Assembly (NCBI GenBank): GCA_036848375.1
Contig: DAIUKG010000001.1
Span: 128,110 to 192,109, forward strand
Length of the DNA stretch: 64,000 nt
DNA from: Spirochaetota bacterium
Lineage (GTDB): Bacteria; Spirochaetota; UBA4802; UBA5550
Reading direction: 5' to 3'
A program made the translations under genes and the position numbers. The notes under the pieces were generated by a model. The model was given only the letters and a program-made list of their open reading frames with translations, had not been told where the DNA came from and ran no database searches. Positions 34,536 to 43,779 of this stretch are shown here, piece by piece; the stretch's first letter is position 1, and every line of letters starts with the position of its first letter.

Positions 34536-34698
34536 CTTAAAACCTCCGAAAATTATCTCTAAAGCATTTATCGGTATTAAATAAAAATCCTTAAATCTAA
34601 AAAAAAGATCATCATAAAACTTCTTGACCTTTTCATCGCGTATCTTATCTCTATGTAGCTGAATCTCCTGCATATATAACATAGGGTATCGGTAATTA

Positions 34699-35733
34699 AT
34701 GAAAATACTATCATCCAAACCAACAATAACCCGAAAAGACCTCGAAGGCGTTCTTGATTGCCTCATTAATGATGAACTGATAACCGGAACGCCGGTAAAA
34801 ACATTTGAAAGTAATGTTTCCAGTATTACCGGCCTTAAATACACCCTGGCCACCAATTCCCCTACAGCGGCCTATCATCTTGTTTTTAAGGCACTGGACT
34901 TATCAGGGGATGATGAAGTAATAATGCCATCATATTTCAGCCAGGCGCCCCTTAATGCTCTCACGTTGACCGGAGGCAGGGCGGTACTCCTTGATAATGA
35001 GGAACAGTCCCTTTTCCCTTCTGCAACTGCCATTAAAGAAAAAATAAATGATAAAACAAAGGCCGTAATTATCGGGCACACCTTCGGGTTCCATTTCGAT
35101 TTTTCTGAACTCAACGACCTGAATATACCGCTTATAGAGGACATCTCACACGCTTTCGGCTCGGAAGCCGATGACATTCCCGTCGGGAACAAAGGCACAA
35201 TCGCAATCGCCTCTCTTGAGCCATCGATGATCATCACCACCGGCAATGGGGGGATGATTATGACCAACAATTCAAAATATTACTCCTCGATCAGGGACCT
35301 CCGGGGAGGAGGCAACCGTCAGCTCAACCTGGACTATACCATGACGGATTTGCAGGGGGCTATGGGCATATCTCAGCTTGTCAAATTAAAAGATCTTCTA
35401 AAAAGAAGAAGAGATATCGCTAAAACCTACTTTGATACTCTTAAGTTAACCGAACACAGCACACCTGCAGCCTTTAATGAAAAATACGCTTATCAGTCTT
35501 TTCCGGTACTTTTTAAAGCATCCAACGATAAAGTTGAAAAATTCTGGAAAAAAAACGGGGTTGAGCTTGTTCATCCCATTGAAAGGCCGCTTCATGATTT
35601 CATGAATATCAGGGGCATTGAATTCCCCGTAAGTGACAGGCTCTGTAAAAAAATCTATTCTCTTCCGATATATCCGACCCTGACTAAAAAAGACATTGAA
35701 AAAATCACCAAGACGCTATCAAGTTTCATATAA
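34699..35733 (+). CDS. DegT/DnrJ/EryC1/StrS-family aminotransferase-like protein lacking the conserved PLP-lysine
   Basis: 344 aa; EDISHAFGSE and TTGNGG motifs align to the family signature, but the Schiff-base Lys position reads Met (SLEPSMIITTGNGG versus the family's SFHxxKxITTxEGG). Confidence 0.65.
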   Translation: MKILSSKPTITRKDLEGVLDCLINDELITGTPVKTFESNVSSITGLKYTLATNSPTAAYHLVFKALDLSGDDEVIMPSYFSQAPLNALTLTGGRAVLLDNEEQSLFPSATAIKEKINDKTKAVIIGHTFGFHFDFSELNDLNIPLIEDISHAFGSEADDIPVGNKGTIAIASLEPSMIITTGNGGMIMTNNSKYYSSIRDLRGGGNRQLNLDYTMTDLQGAMGISQLVKLKDLLKRRRDIAKTYFDTLKLTEHSTPAAFNEKYAYQSFPVLFKASNDKVEKFWKKNGVELVHPIERPLHDFMNIRGIEFPVSDRLCKKIYSLPIYPTLTKKDIEKITKTLSSFI

Positions 35734-35762
35734 ATTAATTGTGAAAGATTCTGGAGATACCA

Positions 35763-36137
35763 ATGTATGTGTTGACCGTTGAAGACAGTTTCGCTGCCGC
35801 ACATCAATTAAGGGGCTACCGGGGTAAATGCGAAAACATCCATGGACATAACTGGAAGGTTGTACTTGAAGTACAGGGTAAAAAGCTGAATGAAACCGGC
35901 CTTCTCATAGACTTCCACGAATTAAAAGCAATCTTAAAAACAATACTATCCTATTTTGATCACCAGAATATCAATGATCTCCCGCCCTTTACATCAATCA
36001 ACCCGAGTTCAGAAAACCTCTCAAGATATGTTGCCGAAAAGACCGCAGACGAACTTCAAAAAACCGGAAAGGAAATAACGGTAAAGTCAGTAACGATTTG
36101 GGAATCTGACACTTCCCGATGTACTTTTTATCCCTGA
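35763..36137 (+). CDS. queD: 6-carboxy-5,6,7,8-tetrahydropterin synthase / 6-pyruvoyl-tetrahydropterin synthase family (QueD-like)
   Basis: 124 aa; CENIHGHNW zinc/catalytic motif of the PTPS/QueD family; GGAG SD; 29 nt downstream of the DegT-like gene. Confidence 0.8.
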   Translation: MYVLTVEDSFAAAHQLRGYRGKCENIHGHNWKVVLEVQGKKLNETGLLIDFHELKAILKTILSYFDHQNINDLPPFTSINPSSENLSRYVAEKTADELQKTGKEITVKSVTIWESDTSRCTFYP

Positions 36138-36335
36138 TTGAAGGCAGTATTGGAGCCTATCAATTCCGGGGATTATATATTATCTGACTAATATTAAAAT
36201 TTCACTATCGCCGGTACTCTTTGATAATTCCCAAATTTTCTTGAAAATAGATGAAAAATTTTTAAAATTATTCTTGATTTTTTTTTTAGTACGGCCTTAA
36301 TGATACCTTAAAATTAATTTAAGGAGTAATGCTCT

Positions 36336-36503
36336 ATGAAGAAGAATATCATTTCTCTTCTGATGATTTCAATTTTTGCAATCACAGTATCAATGGGTTT
36401 CCTTGGATGCAAAAAGGAAGAAGCGCCTGCTGATCAACCAGCTGTTGAAGAACCCGCTGCTGAAGCACCTGCTGGCGAAGCTGCAGAAGAAGCACAGAAG
36501 TAA
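36336..36503 (+). CDS. small lipoprotein (55 aa) with Pro/Ala/Glu-rich tail
   Basis: not in ORF track; AAGGAG SD 8 nt upstream; MKKNIISLLMISIFAITVSMGFLGC lipobox then KKEEAPADQPAVEEPAAEAPAGEAAEEAQK; followed by a terminator. Confidence 0.55.
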   Translation: MKKNIISLLMISIFAITVSMGFLGCKKEEAPADQPAVEEPAAEAPAGEAAEEAQK

Positions 36504-36522
36504 TTTTATTTTAACGTGCACG

Positions 36523-36552
36523 AAAAAGGAGGGACTGGATCCCTCCTTTTTT
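36523..36552. terminator. bidirectional rho-independent terminator (AAAAAGGAGGGA-CTGGA-TCCCTCCTTTTTT)
   Basis: 7-bp GC-rich stem flanked by A- and T-runs; placed between the convergent lipoprotein and response-regulator genes. Confidence 0.65.
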
Positions 36553-36580
36553 ATTTTTATTACAAAATATTATCCGGATA

Positions 36581-36943
36581 TTATGAAGCTCGTGAAACCA
36601 GTATCTCTTTTATTTTATCCTTCAGCTCGTCAAGATTTGTCGATTTGGTAACATAAGCATCGGCTGTCCACGTCATAAAATTACTTTTGTAATTCGAGTA
36701 AGCGGTATATATAATAATTGGAATTTTTTTATCGCGGGATAGAATTTTCCCGAGAGCCTCAATCCCATCCATCTCAGGCATTCTGATATCCATTATTACC
36801 AGATCATATTTATTTGTTTTAACCATTTCAACAGCTTCCTTGCCGTTTGACGCCTGATCAACATCATACCCTTCATCCTGCAGCTCCATGGCATAGAGCT
36901 CTCTCTGATGTTGCTCATCCTCAACAATAAGTAACTTGGTCAT
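36581..36943 (-). CDS. single-domain response regulator (CheY-like receiver only)
   Basis: 120 aa; LLIVEDE...D...LVIMDIRMPEMDG phospho-acceptor region; no output domain. Confidence 0.85.
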   Translation of the reverse strand: MTKLLIVEDEQHQRELYAMELQDEGYDVDQASNGKEAVEMVKTNKYDLVIMDIRMPEMDGIEALGKILSRDKKIPIIIYTAYSNYKSNFMTWTADAYVTKSTNLDELKDKIKEILVSRAS

Positions 36944-37040
36944 GAAGCACCTCCTCAGATTGCATGAACCATTTATATCGTAAAAAATTCATTTTGTAAA
37001 TCATTTATTAATTTTTTACTCTATATTATTGTCAGACCGA

Positions 37041-39077
37041 TCAGGCAGGGATAGGAAGGTATATGGTAAATTCCACACCCTGCTCCCGATTAGCCACAGT
37101 GATTTCTCCATTATGATCCTTGATTATTCTTTTGACAATCGCAAGGCCGAGCCCCACACCGGTAATCTTCGTCGTAAAAAAAGGTTCAAAAATAATATTG
37201 GGATCAGGTTCTTCAATGCCGGTTCCGGTATCGTATATTTTAAGAATAATCCTGCCATTATCATTGTCAGTAAATATCCCGATTGTTCCTCCCGGGAGCG
37301 TGGCATCAATACAGTTCTGGATCAAATTCAATACGACCTGTTTCATCTGATTGAAATCGGATTTAACCAGAGGAACATCATCCTTTAAATCCAGCTCAAT
37401 ATGAATCCTCTTTTCCAATAAAAGATTACGCAACAACTTGACCGTGTCATTGATGACATCGTTGATATTATTGAATTCCCTGATATATTTCGCCGGTTTG
37501 GTGAAGTCCATCACATTGGAAAGGGTTCCTTCAAGCCTCTCTGATTCCTTTAAAATAATTTCAGCGGCGGCGACTATTTTATCTCTGTTTTTCGTCGGGT
37601 CCTTGGAAAGCTGTGAAATTCTGCTGGCGTAACCGCCCATGGTTACCAGCGGATTTCTTATCTCGTGAGCGATATGGGCAGCTATGCGTCCCACAGCGGC
37701 CATCTTTTCAGATTCCACAATAGCTTCCTGCCGGTCCTGAATTTTCTGCATTTCCTTTTTTACATTGCCCAGATTGTCATAACTTTCGATTGACAGCGCA
37801 GCCTGCGAAGCAAAGATCGAAAGAAGCTCAATCAGGTCATTCCCGATGGGGGACTGATTGAATTTATTATCTGCTATTATTATTCCTATCGCCCTGTTCC
37901 CCACGATAAGGGGGACGACAACAAACTCTTTAACATCCATAAATGATGCGATTTGACTTCCGACAACAGGATCATTCCATGAATCAAATATATGGATATT
38001 TTCAATATTCTTATATGACCTGGAAAAGATCGAGTCATCCTTCAGCGGGAAGGTTGTGCTTAAAACTTTCTCAAGCAGCTTGAGGCCATGCTGTTTTACT
38101 TCAGCATCAACCCTGTTCCCCGGATCCGTATTCGGAGTGGCGCTCCATATGTCAATCGCCTCTTCAAATGAATCAGGGCCGACTGCCATTTTACCGACAA
38201 GAGAATCCCCGTCAGAGAGAAAAAGCATGGCCCTGTTAAAACCGAGGCCGGAACCTGACGTAACACCGGTCAGTATCGTGTATAAAACCCTTTCTATTTC
38301 TGCGTCCCTCTGAATCGATTCAGATATCTGGTTCATCAGTGATATCTGGTAATCTTTCCTCAATTTCGACGTCACATCATCAATCAGCAGGATGATCTCT
38401 TTACGGCCCTGCGCAATAATACTGGATATTTTAATATCAGCGATTATTGAAACCTTGTTAATTGACAGGAGGTGCGTCTTTTCGAGGATGATCGAATCAC
38501 CGCTTCCCCTCGCCTGTTTGATCCCCCCTTTCAAACGCGCATTGACAAAATAAAAAATATCGTCAATCCTCTTGCTTTTAATGTCATCCTGATCAAACTG
38601 GAATTTATTGCAGAAATTTTCAGTAGCGAAAACGATCCGTTCATATTCATTGAGGACAATAAAATATGAACTGATGGAAAAGATAATGCTGTTATAGACT
38701 TCATTGAATTTCTCGATTTCTACTTTCTGGGCCGTGAAAATGCTGTCCAGATGCTTGCCGAGAATTCTGATCTCTTCATAAACATCGCTCAATTCATCAT
38801 CATGCTTGATATCGATTTTTGGAAGGATAAACTTCCCCTTTTTAAAATCATATAAAGCGTCCATTACGACATTCGCCCGTTTTTTATAGAAAATCCAGCT
38901 TCGGATAAAATACATTATGCTGCGGACAAAAAGCAGGATCAGAAGGAGCAGAAGAAAATAGAGAACGGTATTTGAGAAAAAACTGATAAAAATAAAATAA
39001 ATAAAAAAACATCCCAATAAAAAATCCGGTATCACAAACAGAACAAGCCTGAAGAGGGTTCTTTTTCTTATTTTCAT
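37041..39077 (-). CDS. sensor histidine kinase (N-terminal TM segments, GAF domain, HisKA, HATPase_c)
   Basis: 678 aa; H-box AHIAHEIRNPL, ATP-lid DTGTGI...GLGLAIV; GAF-like central region; immediately upstream of the receiver gene. Confidence 0.85.
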   Translation of the reverse strand: MKIRKRTLFRLVLFVIPDFLLGCFFIYFIFISFFSNTVLYFLLLLLILLFVRSIMYFIRSWIFYKKRANVVMDALYDFKKGKFILPKIDIKHDDELSDVYEEIRILGKHLDSIFTAQKVEIEKFNEVYNSIIFSISSYFIVLNEYERIVFATENFCNKFQFDQDDIKSKRIDDIFYFVNARLKGGIKQARGSGDSIILEKTHLLSINKVSIIADIKISSIIAQGRKEIILLIDDVTSKLRKDYQISLMNQISESIQRDAEIERVLYTILTGVTSGSGLGFNRAMLFLSDGDSLVGKMAVGPDSFEEAIDIWSATPNTDPGNRVDAEVKQHGLKLLEKVLSTTFPLKDDSIFSRSYKNIENIHIFDSWNDPVVGSQIASFMDVKEFVVVPLIVGNRAIGIIIADNKFNQSPIGNDLIELLSIFASQAALSIESYDNLGNVKKEMQKIQDRQEAIVESEKMAAVGRIAAHIAHEIRNPLVTMGGYASRISQLSKDPTKNRDKIVAAAEIILKESERLEGTLSNVMDFTKPAKYIREFNNINDVINDTVKLLRNLLLEKRIHIELDLKDDVPLVKSDFNQMKQVVLNLIQNCIDATLPGGTIGIFTDNDNGRIILKIYDTGTGIEEPDPNIIFEPFFTTKITGVGLGLAIVKRIIKDHNGEITVANREQGVEFTIYLPIPA

Positions 39078-39293
39078 AATTTATATTCCGTAAATATTAT
39101 CAACGCAATAATGCTTATTTTCAATATGTTTTTTATTCATCATATAAAATAATTATTAATTTTTAACACATCCCTGCATGGAAATCCGCTCAACTTTAAT
39201 GATAAAAACATTGACTCACGCACCTGTTTTGAGACACTGTTGTCTCAGCAGCATGATAGTATTGCTGTTATTGATATACCAGGAACATCATGA

Positions 39294-39887
39294 ATGAAAA
39301 TAATAATTGCCACAAAAAACAAAAATAAAATTAAAGAGATAAAAAACAAATTCAACCGCATCCCTGATTTAACCGTTGTTGATATCTCGTCATATCCCGA
39401 TATACCCGACGTTGAAGAAACCGGCTCAACATTCATGGAAAACGCCCTTTTGAAAGCCAGGGCAATCACGGCTTATACCGGCATTCCCTCTCTCGCGGAT
39501 GATTCGGGCCTGGTTGTTGATGCTCTTGGCGGACGGCCGGGCATTTTCTCAGCCCGTTACGGGGGGGAAGGCCTGACCGACCATGACCGGAACATGCTTC
39601 TTCTCGAAGAAATGAAAGATGTCCCGCATGAAGCAAGGAAAGCCCGGTTCATCTGCTCGATAATACTTTATATGCCGGATGACCGGTATTACTCCGCTGA
39701 AGGTCAATGCGAGGGACTGATAACCGAAAGCCCGAAAGGCGAGCGCGGCTTTGGATATGATCCGATATTTTATCTTCCCGACCATCACTGCACCATGGCT
39801 GAACTTGACCTCGACGAAAAAAACAGAATAAGCCATCGCGCGCGTGCGCTTGATAATACCGCAGAAATTCTGAAAGACCTGGTATGA
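39294..39887 (+). CDS. rdgB: dITP/XTP pyrophosphatase (RdgB/HAM1 family)
   Basis: 197 aa; IIATKNKNKIKE N-terminus and GFGYDPIF motif. Confidence 0.9.
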   Translation: MKIIIATKNKNKIKEIKNKFNRIPDLTVVDISSYPDIPDVEETGSTFMENALLKARAITAYTGIPSLADDSGLVVDALGGRPGIFSARYGGEGLTDHDRNMLLLEEMKDVPHEARKARFICSIILYMPDDRYYSAEGQCEGLITESPKGERGFGYDPIFYLPDHHCTMAELDLDEKNRISHRARALDNTAEILKDLV

Positions 39888-40516
39888 CCGAAGATAAGTC
39901 TGACAGAATAATAAAAAAGCTGCTTAAACACTACGGGCAGGCCGTTCCTGATCTCAGGTTTGCCGGCCTGTACCAGCTCGCGGTATCGGTTGTTCTCTCT
40001 GCCCAGACAACGGATGTACAGGTCAATGCCGTCACCCCTGAACTCTTCAAACACTATCCGGGATTTGCTGAACTTTCAAAAGCCGGAGCAGGCCATGTCG
40101 AAAAAATAATCAGAAGCACCGGATTTTACCGGAACAAAGCGAAAAACATCATCGCTCTTGCGAAGGATGTCATGATAACCCATGAAGGAAAACTTCCCGC
40201 AAGCAGGGAAGAGCTCATGTGCCTGCCCGGCATCGGAAGAAAATCCGCCAACGTGATCCTGTCAGTAGGCTTTGGCGTTCCCGCGCTGGCTGTCGACACC
40301 CATATATTAAGGATAGCCAACAGGCTCGGCTACTGTAAAAGCGACAACCCTGATGAAGTCGAAAGAGCAATAACGTCCCTGGTTCCTGAAAAGCTGTGGA
40401 CGAGAACACACCTGGTTTTAATTAAACACGGAAGGATGATCTGCAAGGCAAAAAACCCCCTGTGCGCCGAATGCCCGATCAGGGATGAATGCTTCTTTGA
40501 CGGTAAAACTTCATAA
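39884..40516 (+). CDS. nth: endonuclease III (DNA glycosylase/AP lyase)
   Basis: 210 aa; HhH-GPD motif LPGIGRKSANVIL, 4Fe-4S cluster CKAKNPLCAECPIRDEC; 4-nt overlap with rdgB. Confidence 0.92.
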   Translation: MTEDKSDRIIKKLLKHYGQAVPDLRFAGLYQLAVSVVLSAQTTDVQVNAVTPELFKHYPGFAELSKAGAGHVEKIIRSTGFYRNKAKNIIALAKDVMITHEGKLPASREELMCLPGIGRKSANVILSVGFGVPALAVDTHILRIANRLGYCKSDNPDEVERAITSLVPEKLWTRTHLVLIKHGRMICKAKNPLCAECPIRDECFFDGKTS

Positions 40517-41858
40517 AGGTCACGATAACGTCACTGTCATTCTCGTTAAGCTCCGTCGTCCCGACCGGATCCAGGCCGGTAATTTTTTTCAACGATAAGT
40601 ATGCCTCATGGGTGACGATGTCATTGGTACCCATCAGTTCACCTGCAAGAAACGGCACCATTTCCACGTTCCCCGGCAGCGTGATCACCTTCATGATCCA
40701 TATCTTGAAAAAATCATTTCCCTGCCGGTAGCGTCCGAGCAGGTCATTATAATAATTGCTGTATCGCCTGGTGTATGAGATCAGGTTCTTTGCCCGGATC
40801 AGCGACATTCCATCATCTAGCGATTTTATCTCCGCGTATGAAATAATTCTCTGATAGGTAAGGTCTATATCGTGTTTCATTATATAGCGAACAATATTTT
40901 CACCGGTATTCATCGATGAGGACACGAATATATTTTTCCATGTCTGCTGACTGAAATTTATTTCTTCATCATATTTTCGCGAGTAAAAGATAAGCTCATC
41001 AACGAGGTCCCATTTCCCGGTTTTTGTTATTATTTGCTCAAGCCCGTTCAGGGGAAAAGAATATCCCATTTTAAGAAGAATTCTTGCAGCTACAATTCTG
41101 GGATGCGAACTGTAATCGGAGCAAATATAAATCAGCGAATATACCCCGATAAAAGAGAAATACATCATAAAGCCAACAACAAAAGATATCATCAGTGATT
41201 TCAGTATTTTTCTTTTTTCCGAATTGAACTCATATATAAGGAAAAGAAGAAACGCGAAAAACTCAACAAGCTTTATGACCGTGACCGGAATTCCCAGTGG
41301 AAGATACCGGTATATTGATTTATAAAGAATAAAATGAAGGATGGCAAAACCAAGAAAAACCGGGATAGTAATTCCGGGCTTCTTTTTCCATTTCAGTATA
41401 ACGAGAAGAATGATCGCCAGAAAAACAATATTGGAATTTCTGCCGGTTATTATCTCCATGAGAGAGGTAACCGGCCAGTAGGGAAGCTTGATGTCTTCTA
41501 TCAGGGTATAAAAGATCACTGAAAGATAAATAAGCACGACCGGGAAAACCCTGGTCACAAAAAAAAGAATGTATATCCCCTTTTTCCCGTAAAGGCCGCT
41601 GTATTCTCTTTTCATCCCCACAATGTCAAGATTGGAGAAGTTGTACATGATTAAAAAAGAATACAAAAAAAGATAGACCTTCACGATCAGTGAAATGCCT
41701 GACCACTGGTAATTCAGGTTAAAAATCAGGTTAACGCCGAAAAGAAGAATCAACAGATAGATAAATGTTGAAAGTTTTGACAGCTGGTTTTTTATAATTT
41801 CTATTGCGCTCATGGCTCTACCTGAAATGAGCAACCCTGGGAAGGCCGGCATAATCAT
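40479..41858 (-). CDS. polytopic membrane protein of unknown function (N-terminal multi-TM region and ~160-aa soluble C-terminal domain)
   Basis: 459 aa; the start overlaps prmC by 41 nt (alternative ATG at 41813 lies 4 nt after the prmC stop); no recognisable family motif. Confidence 0.55.
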   Translation of the reverse strand: MIMPAFPGLLISGRAMSAIEIIKNQLSKLSTFIYLLILLFGVNLIFNLNYQWSGISLIVKVYLFLYSFLIMYNFSNLDIVGMKREYSGLYGKKGIYILFFVTRVFPVVLIYLSVIFYTLIEDIKLPYWPVTSLMEIITGRNSNIVFLAIILLVILKWKKKPGITIPVFLGFAILHFILYKSIYRYLPLGIPVTVIKLVEFFAFLLFLIYEFNSEKRKILKSLMISFVVGFMMYFSFIGVYSLIYICSDYSSHPRIVAARILLKMGYSFPLNGLEQIITKTGKWDLVDELIFYSRKYDEEINFSQQTWKNIFVSSSMNTGENIVRYIMKHDIDLTYQRIISYAEIKSLDDGMSLIRAKNLISYTRRYSNYYNDLLGRYRQGNDFFKIWIMKVITLPGNVEMVPFLAGELMGTNDIVTHEAYLSLKKITGLDPVGTTELNENDSDVIVTFMKFYRQRSIHP

Positions 41859-42645
41859 TCAGCACTGAAACAGAAAAGCCGGCACGCGCTCCATCGTGCA
41901 TAACAAATTCCTTCATATCACTGCCTATTTCCAAAATCAGATGTCCGTCATCTTCAAGATATTCCCGCGCTGAAAGAATGATCTTCTGAATGATGTCCCT
42001 GCCCCGGTTTTCTGCGAAAAGGGCGGCTTCCGGCTCGTAAAAAAGTTCTTTTTGCAGCTCAGAGGTGACACCCCGGTCAATATAAGGGGGATTGGAAACA
42101 ATCACATTAAATTTCATGCCGGCAAAGGGATGAAAAAGGTCCCCCCTGTAAAAAATAATCGATTTATCTCCCAGCAATGCCTTCGCATTTTTCCGTGCAA
42201 CGGCAAGGGCACCTGCTGACACGTCGGAAGCGAAAACGCCGAGGTCCCTTCTTGAATATTTCACGGAAACGGCCACCGCTCCCGAACCGGTTCCAAGATC
42301 GAGCACTGTTTCATTCATTCCCGCATAATACAAGGCCAAATCGACAAGAAGTTCCGTTTCAGGGCGGGGAATGAGAACATGCCGGTTAACGATAAAATCG
42401 AGGGAATAAAATTCTTTAATTCCGGTGATATAGGCAACCGGCTCCCCATCCCCGCGCCTTTTTATCATACCGGTGAAAAGGGCGCATTCATTATCGGTAA
42501 GAATGCGCTCTTTGTCAACAACAAGCCTGTATCGGTCGGTTCCAAGCACATGGCCGAGAATGACTTCAGCGTCGAGCAGCGGCGTCTCGATGCCGGACCG
42601 GGTCAATTCTGCAAGCGATGATTTCAACGCATCAGAAACATTCAC
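41818..42645 (-). CDS. prmC: release-factor glutamine methyltransferase PrmC (HemK)
   Basis: 275 aa; SAM-binding GTGSG and catalytic NPPY motif (VSNPPYI). Confidence 0.92.
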   Translation of the reverse strand: MNVSDALKSSLAELTRSGIETPLLDAEVILGHVLGTDRYRLVVDKERILTDNECALFTGMIKRRGDGEPVAYITGIKEFYSLDFIVNRHVLIPRPETELLVDLALYYAGMNETVLDLGTGSGAVAVSVKYSRRDLGVFASDVSAGALAVARKNAKALLGDKSIIFYRGDLFHPFAGMKFNVIVSNPPYIDRGVTSELQKELFYEPEAALFAENRGRDIIQKIILSAREYLEDDGHLILEIGSDMKEFVMHDGARAGFSVSVLNDYAGLPRVAHFR

Positions 42646-42654
42646 CGCCGTGCC

Positions 42655-43725
42655 TCAGGAGTTGATGACCTTCAGTTTCTGTTCGATTTCCGCTTTTCTG
42701 AGCGCGTCAATGATATCATCCATCTCGCCCGCGAGAAACGATTCGAGCGAATACAGGGTCACGCCAACGCGGTGGTCGGTCACCCGCGACTGGGGGAAAT
42801 TATAGGTGCGGATGCGCTCGCTTCTGTCACCGGAGCCGACCTGGGAACGGCGGAGGTCGGACTCTTTTTCAAGGCGCTCCTCCAGCTCAATTTCATAGAG
42901 ACGGGCTCGAAGAACGCGCAGGGCCTTCGCCTTGTTTTTATGCTGGGACTTTTCATCCTGGCAGGTAACGATCATTCCCGTGGGGATGTGCGTTATGCGG
43001 ACAGCGGAATCGGTCGTGTTGACCGACTGGCCGCCGTGCCCCGAAGAACGGTACACGTCGATCCTGAGGTCGTTGGGATCGATCTCGATTTCGCTTTCTT
43101 CAGCTTCCGGCATGACCGCGACAGTCACGGCCGAAGTGTGGACACGCCCGCCTGACTCGGTTGTCGGAACACGCTGCACGCGGTGCACTCCCGACTCATA
43201 TTTGAGGCTGTCATAGGCCTCTTCGCCGCGGACCGAAAATATCATTTCCTTGTAACCGCCGATCTCGGTCTGGTTCGCTTCAATGAATTCGATTTTCATC
43301 CCCTTGAGATCGGCATACCGCGTGTACATCCTGAACAGGTCGGCCGCGAAAAGCGCGGCCTCATCCCCGCCGGTTCCCGCGCGTATCTCCATGATAACGT
43401 CCTTACCCGAGCTGGGGTCCCTGGGAAGAAGCATTATCAGCAGTTCTTCTTCGTACTTGACGATCTTTTCCTCAAGCAGGGCTATTTCGCCGCGGAGCAT
43501 TTCACGCATCTCTTCATCGCGCTCATCTCTCAGCAGCGCGCGGCTTTCTTCAAGCTCCCTTGCGTATTTCAGGTATTCTTCATATTTCCGGACAACAGGC
43601 GCAAGCTGGGAACGCTCACGGTTGAGGTCTCGGTACCGGTTCATGTCAGAGACAATGTCAGGCCGGGACAGTTCGTTTTCGATCTCACTGAGCCTTCGGG
43701 CCATCACTTTAATTTTATCTTCCAT
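42655..43725 (-). CDS. prfA: peptide chain release factor 1
   Basis: start placed at MEDKIKVMARRL (the track's GTG extension overlaps tRNA-Arg); GGQ motif (SSGHGGQSVNTTDSAVR), PxT-class RF1 domain. Confidence 0.92.
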   Translation of the reverse strand: MEDKIKVMARRLSEIENELSRPDIVSDMNRYRDLNRERSQLAPVVRKYEEYLKYARELEESRALLRDERDEEMREMLRGEIALLEEKIVKYEEELLIMLLPRDPSSGKDVIMEIRAGTGGDEAALFAADLFRMYTRYADLKGMKIEFIEANQTEIGGYKEMIFSVRGEEAYDSLKYESGVHRVQRVPTTESGGRVHTSAVTVAVMPEAEESEIEIDPNDLRIDVYRSSGHGGQSVNTTDSAVRITHIPTGMIVTCQDEKSQHKNKAKALRVLRARLYEIELEERLEKESDLRRSQVGSGDRSERIRTYNFPQSRVTDHRVGVTLYSLESFLAGEMDDIIDALRKAEIEQKLKVINS

Positions 43726-43751
43726 AAACTCACTCTTTACTGAAAAAAAAG

Positions 43752-43767
43752 AGCGGCATATACCGCT
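43752..43767 (-). terminator. small hairpin flanked by A8/T10 runs between tRNA-Arg and prfA
   Basis: AAAAAAAAGAGCGG-CATATA-CCGCTTTTTTTTTT; only ~25 nt upstream of the prfA start. Confidence 0.4.
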
Positions 43768-43779
43768 TTTTTTTTGATG

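Noticed and set aside
39245-39469. 74-aa minus-strand ORF overlapping the rdgB start
   Set aside because: Antisense to a well-supported rdgB N-terminus; hydrophobic low-complexity translation, no SD.
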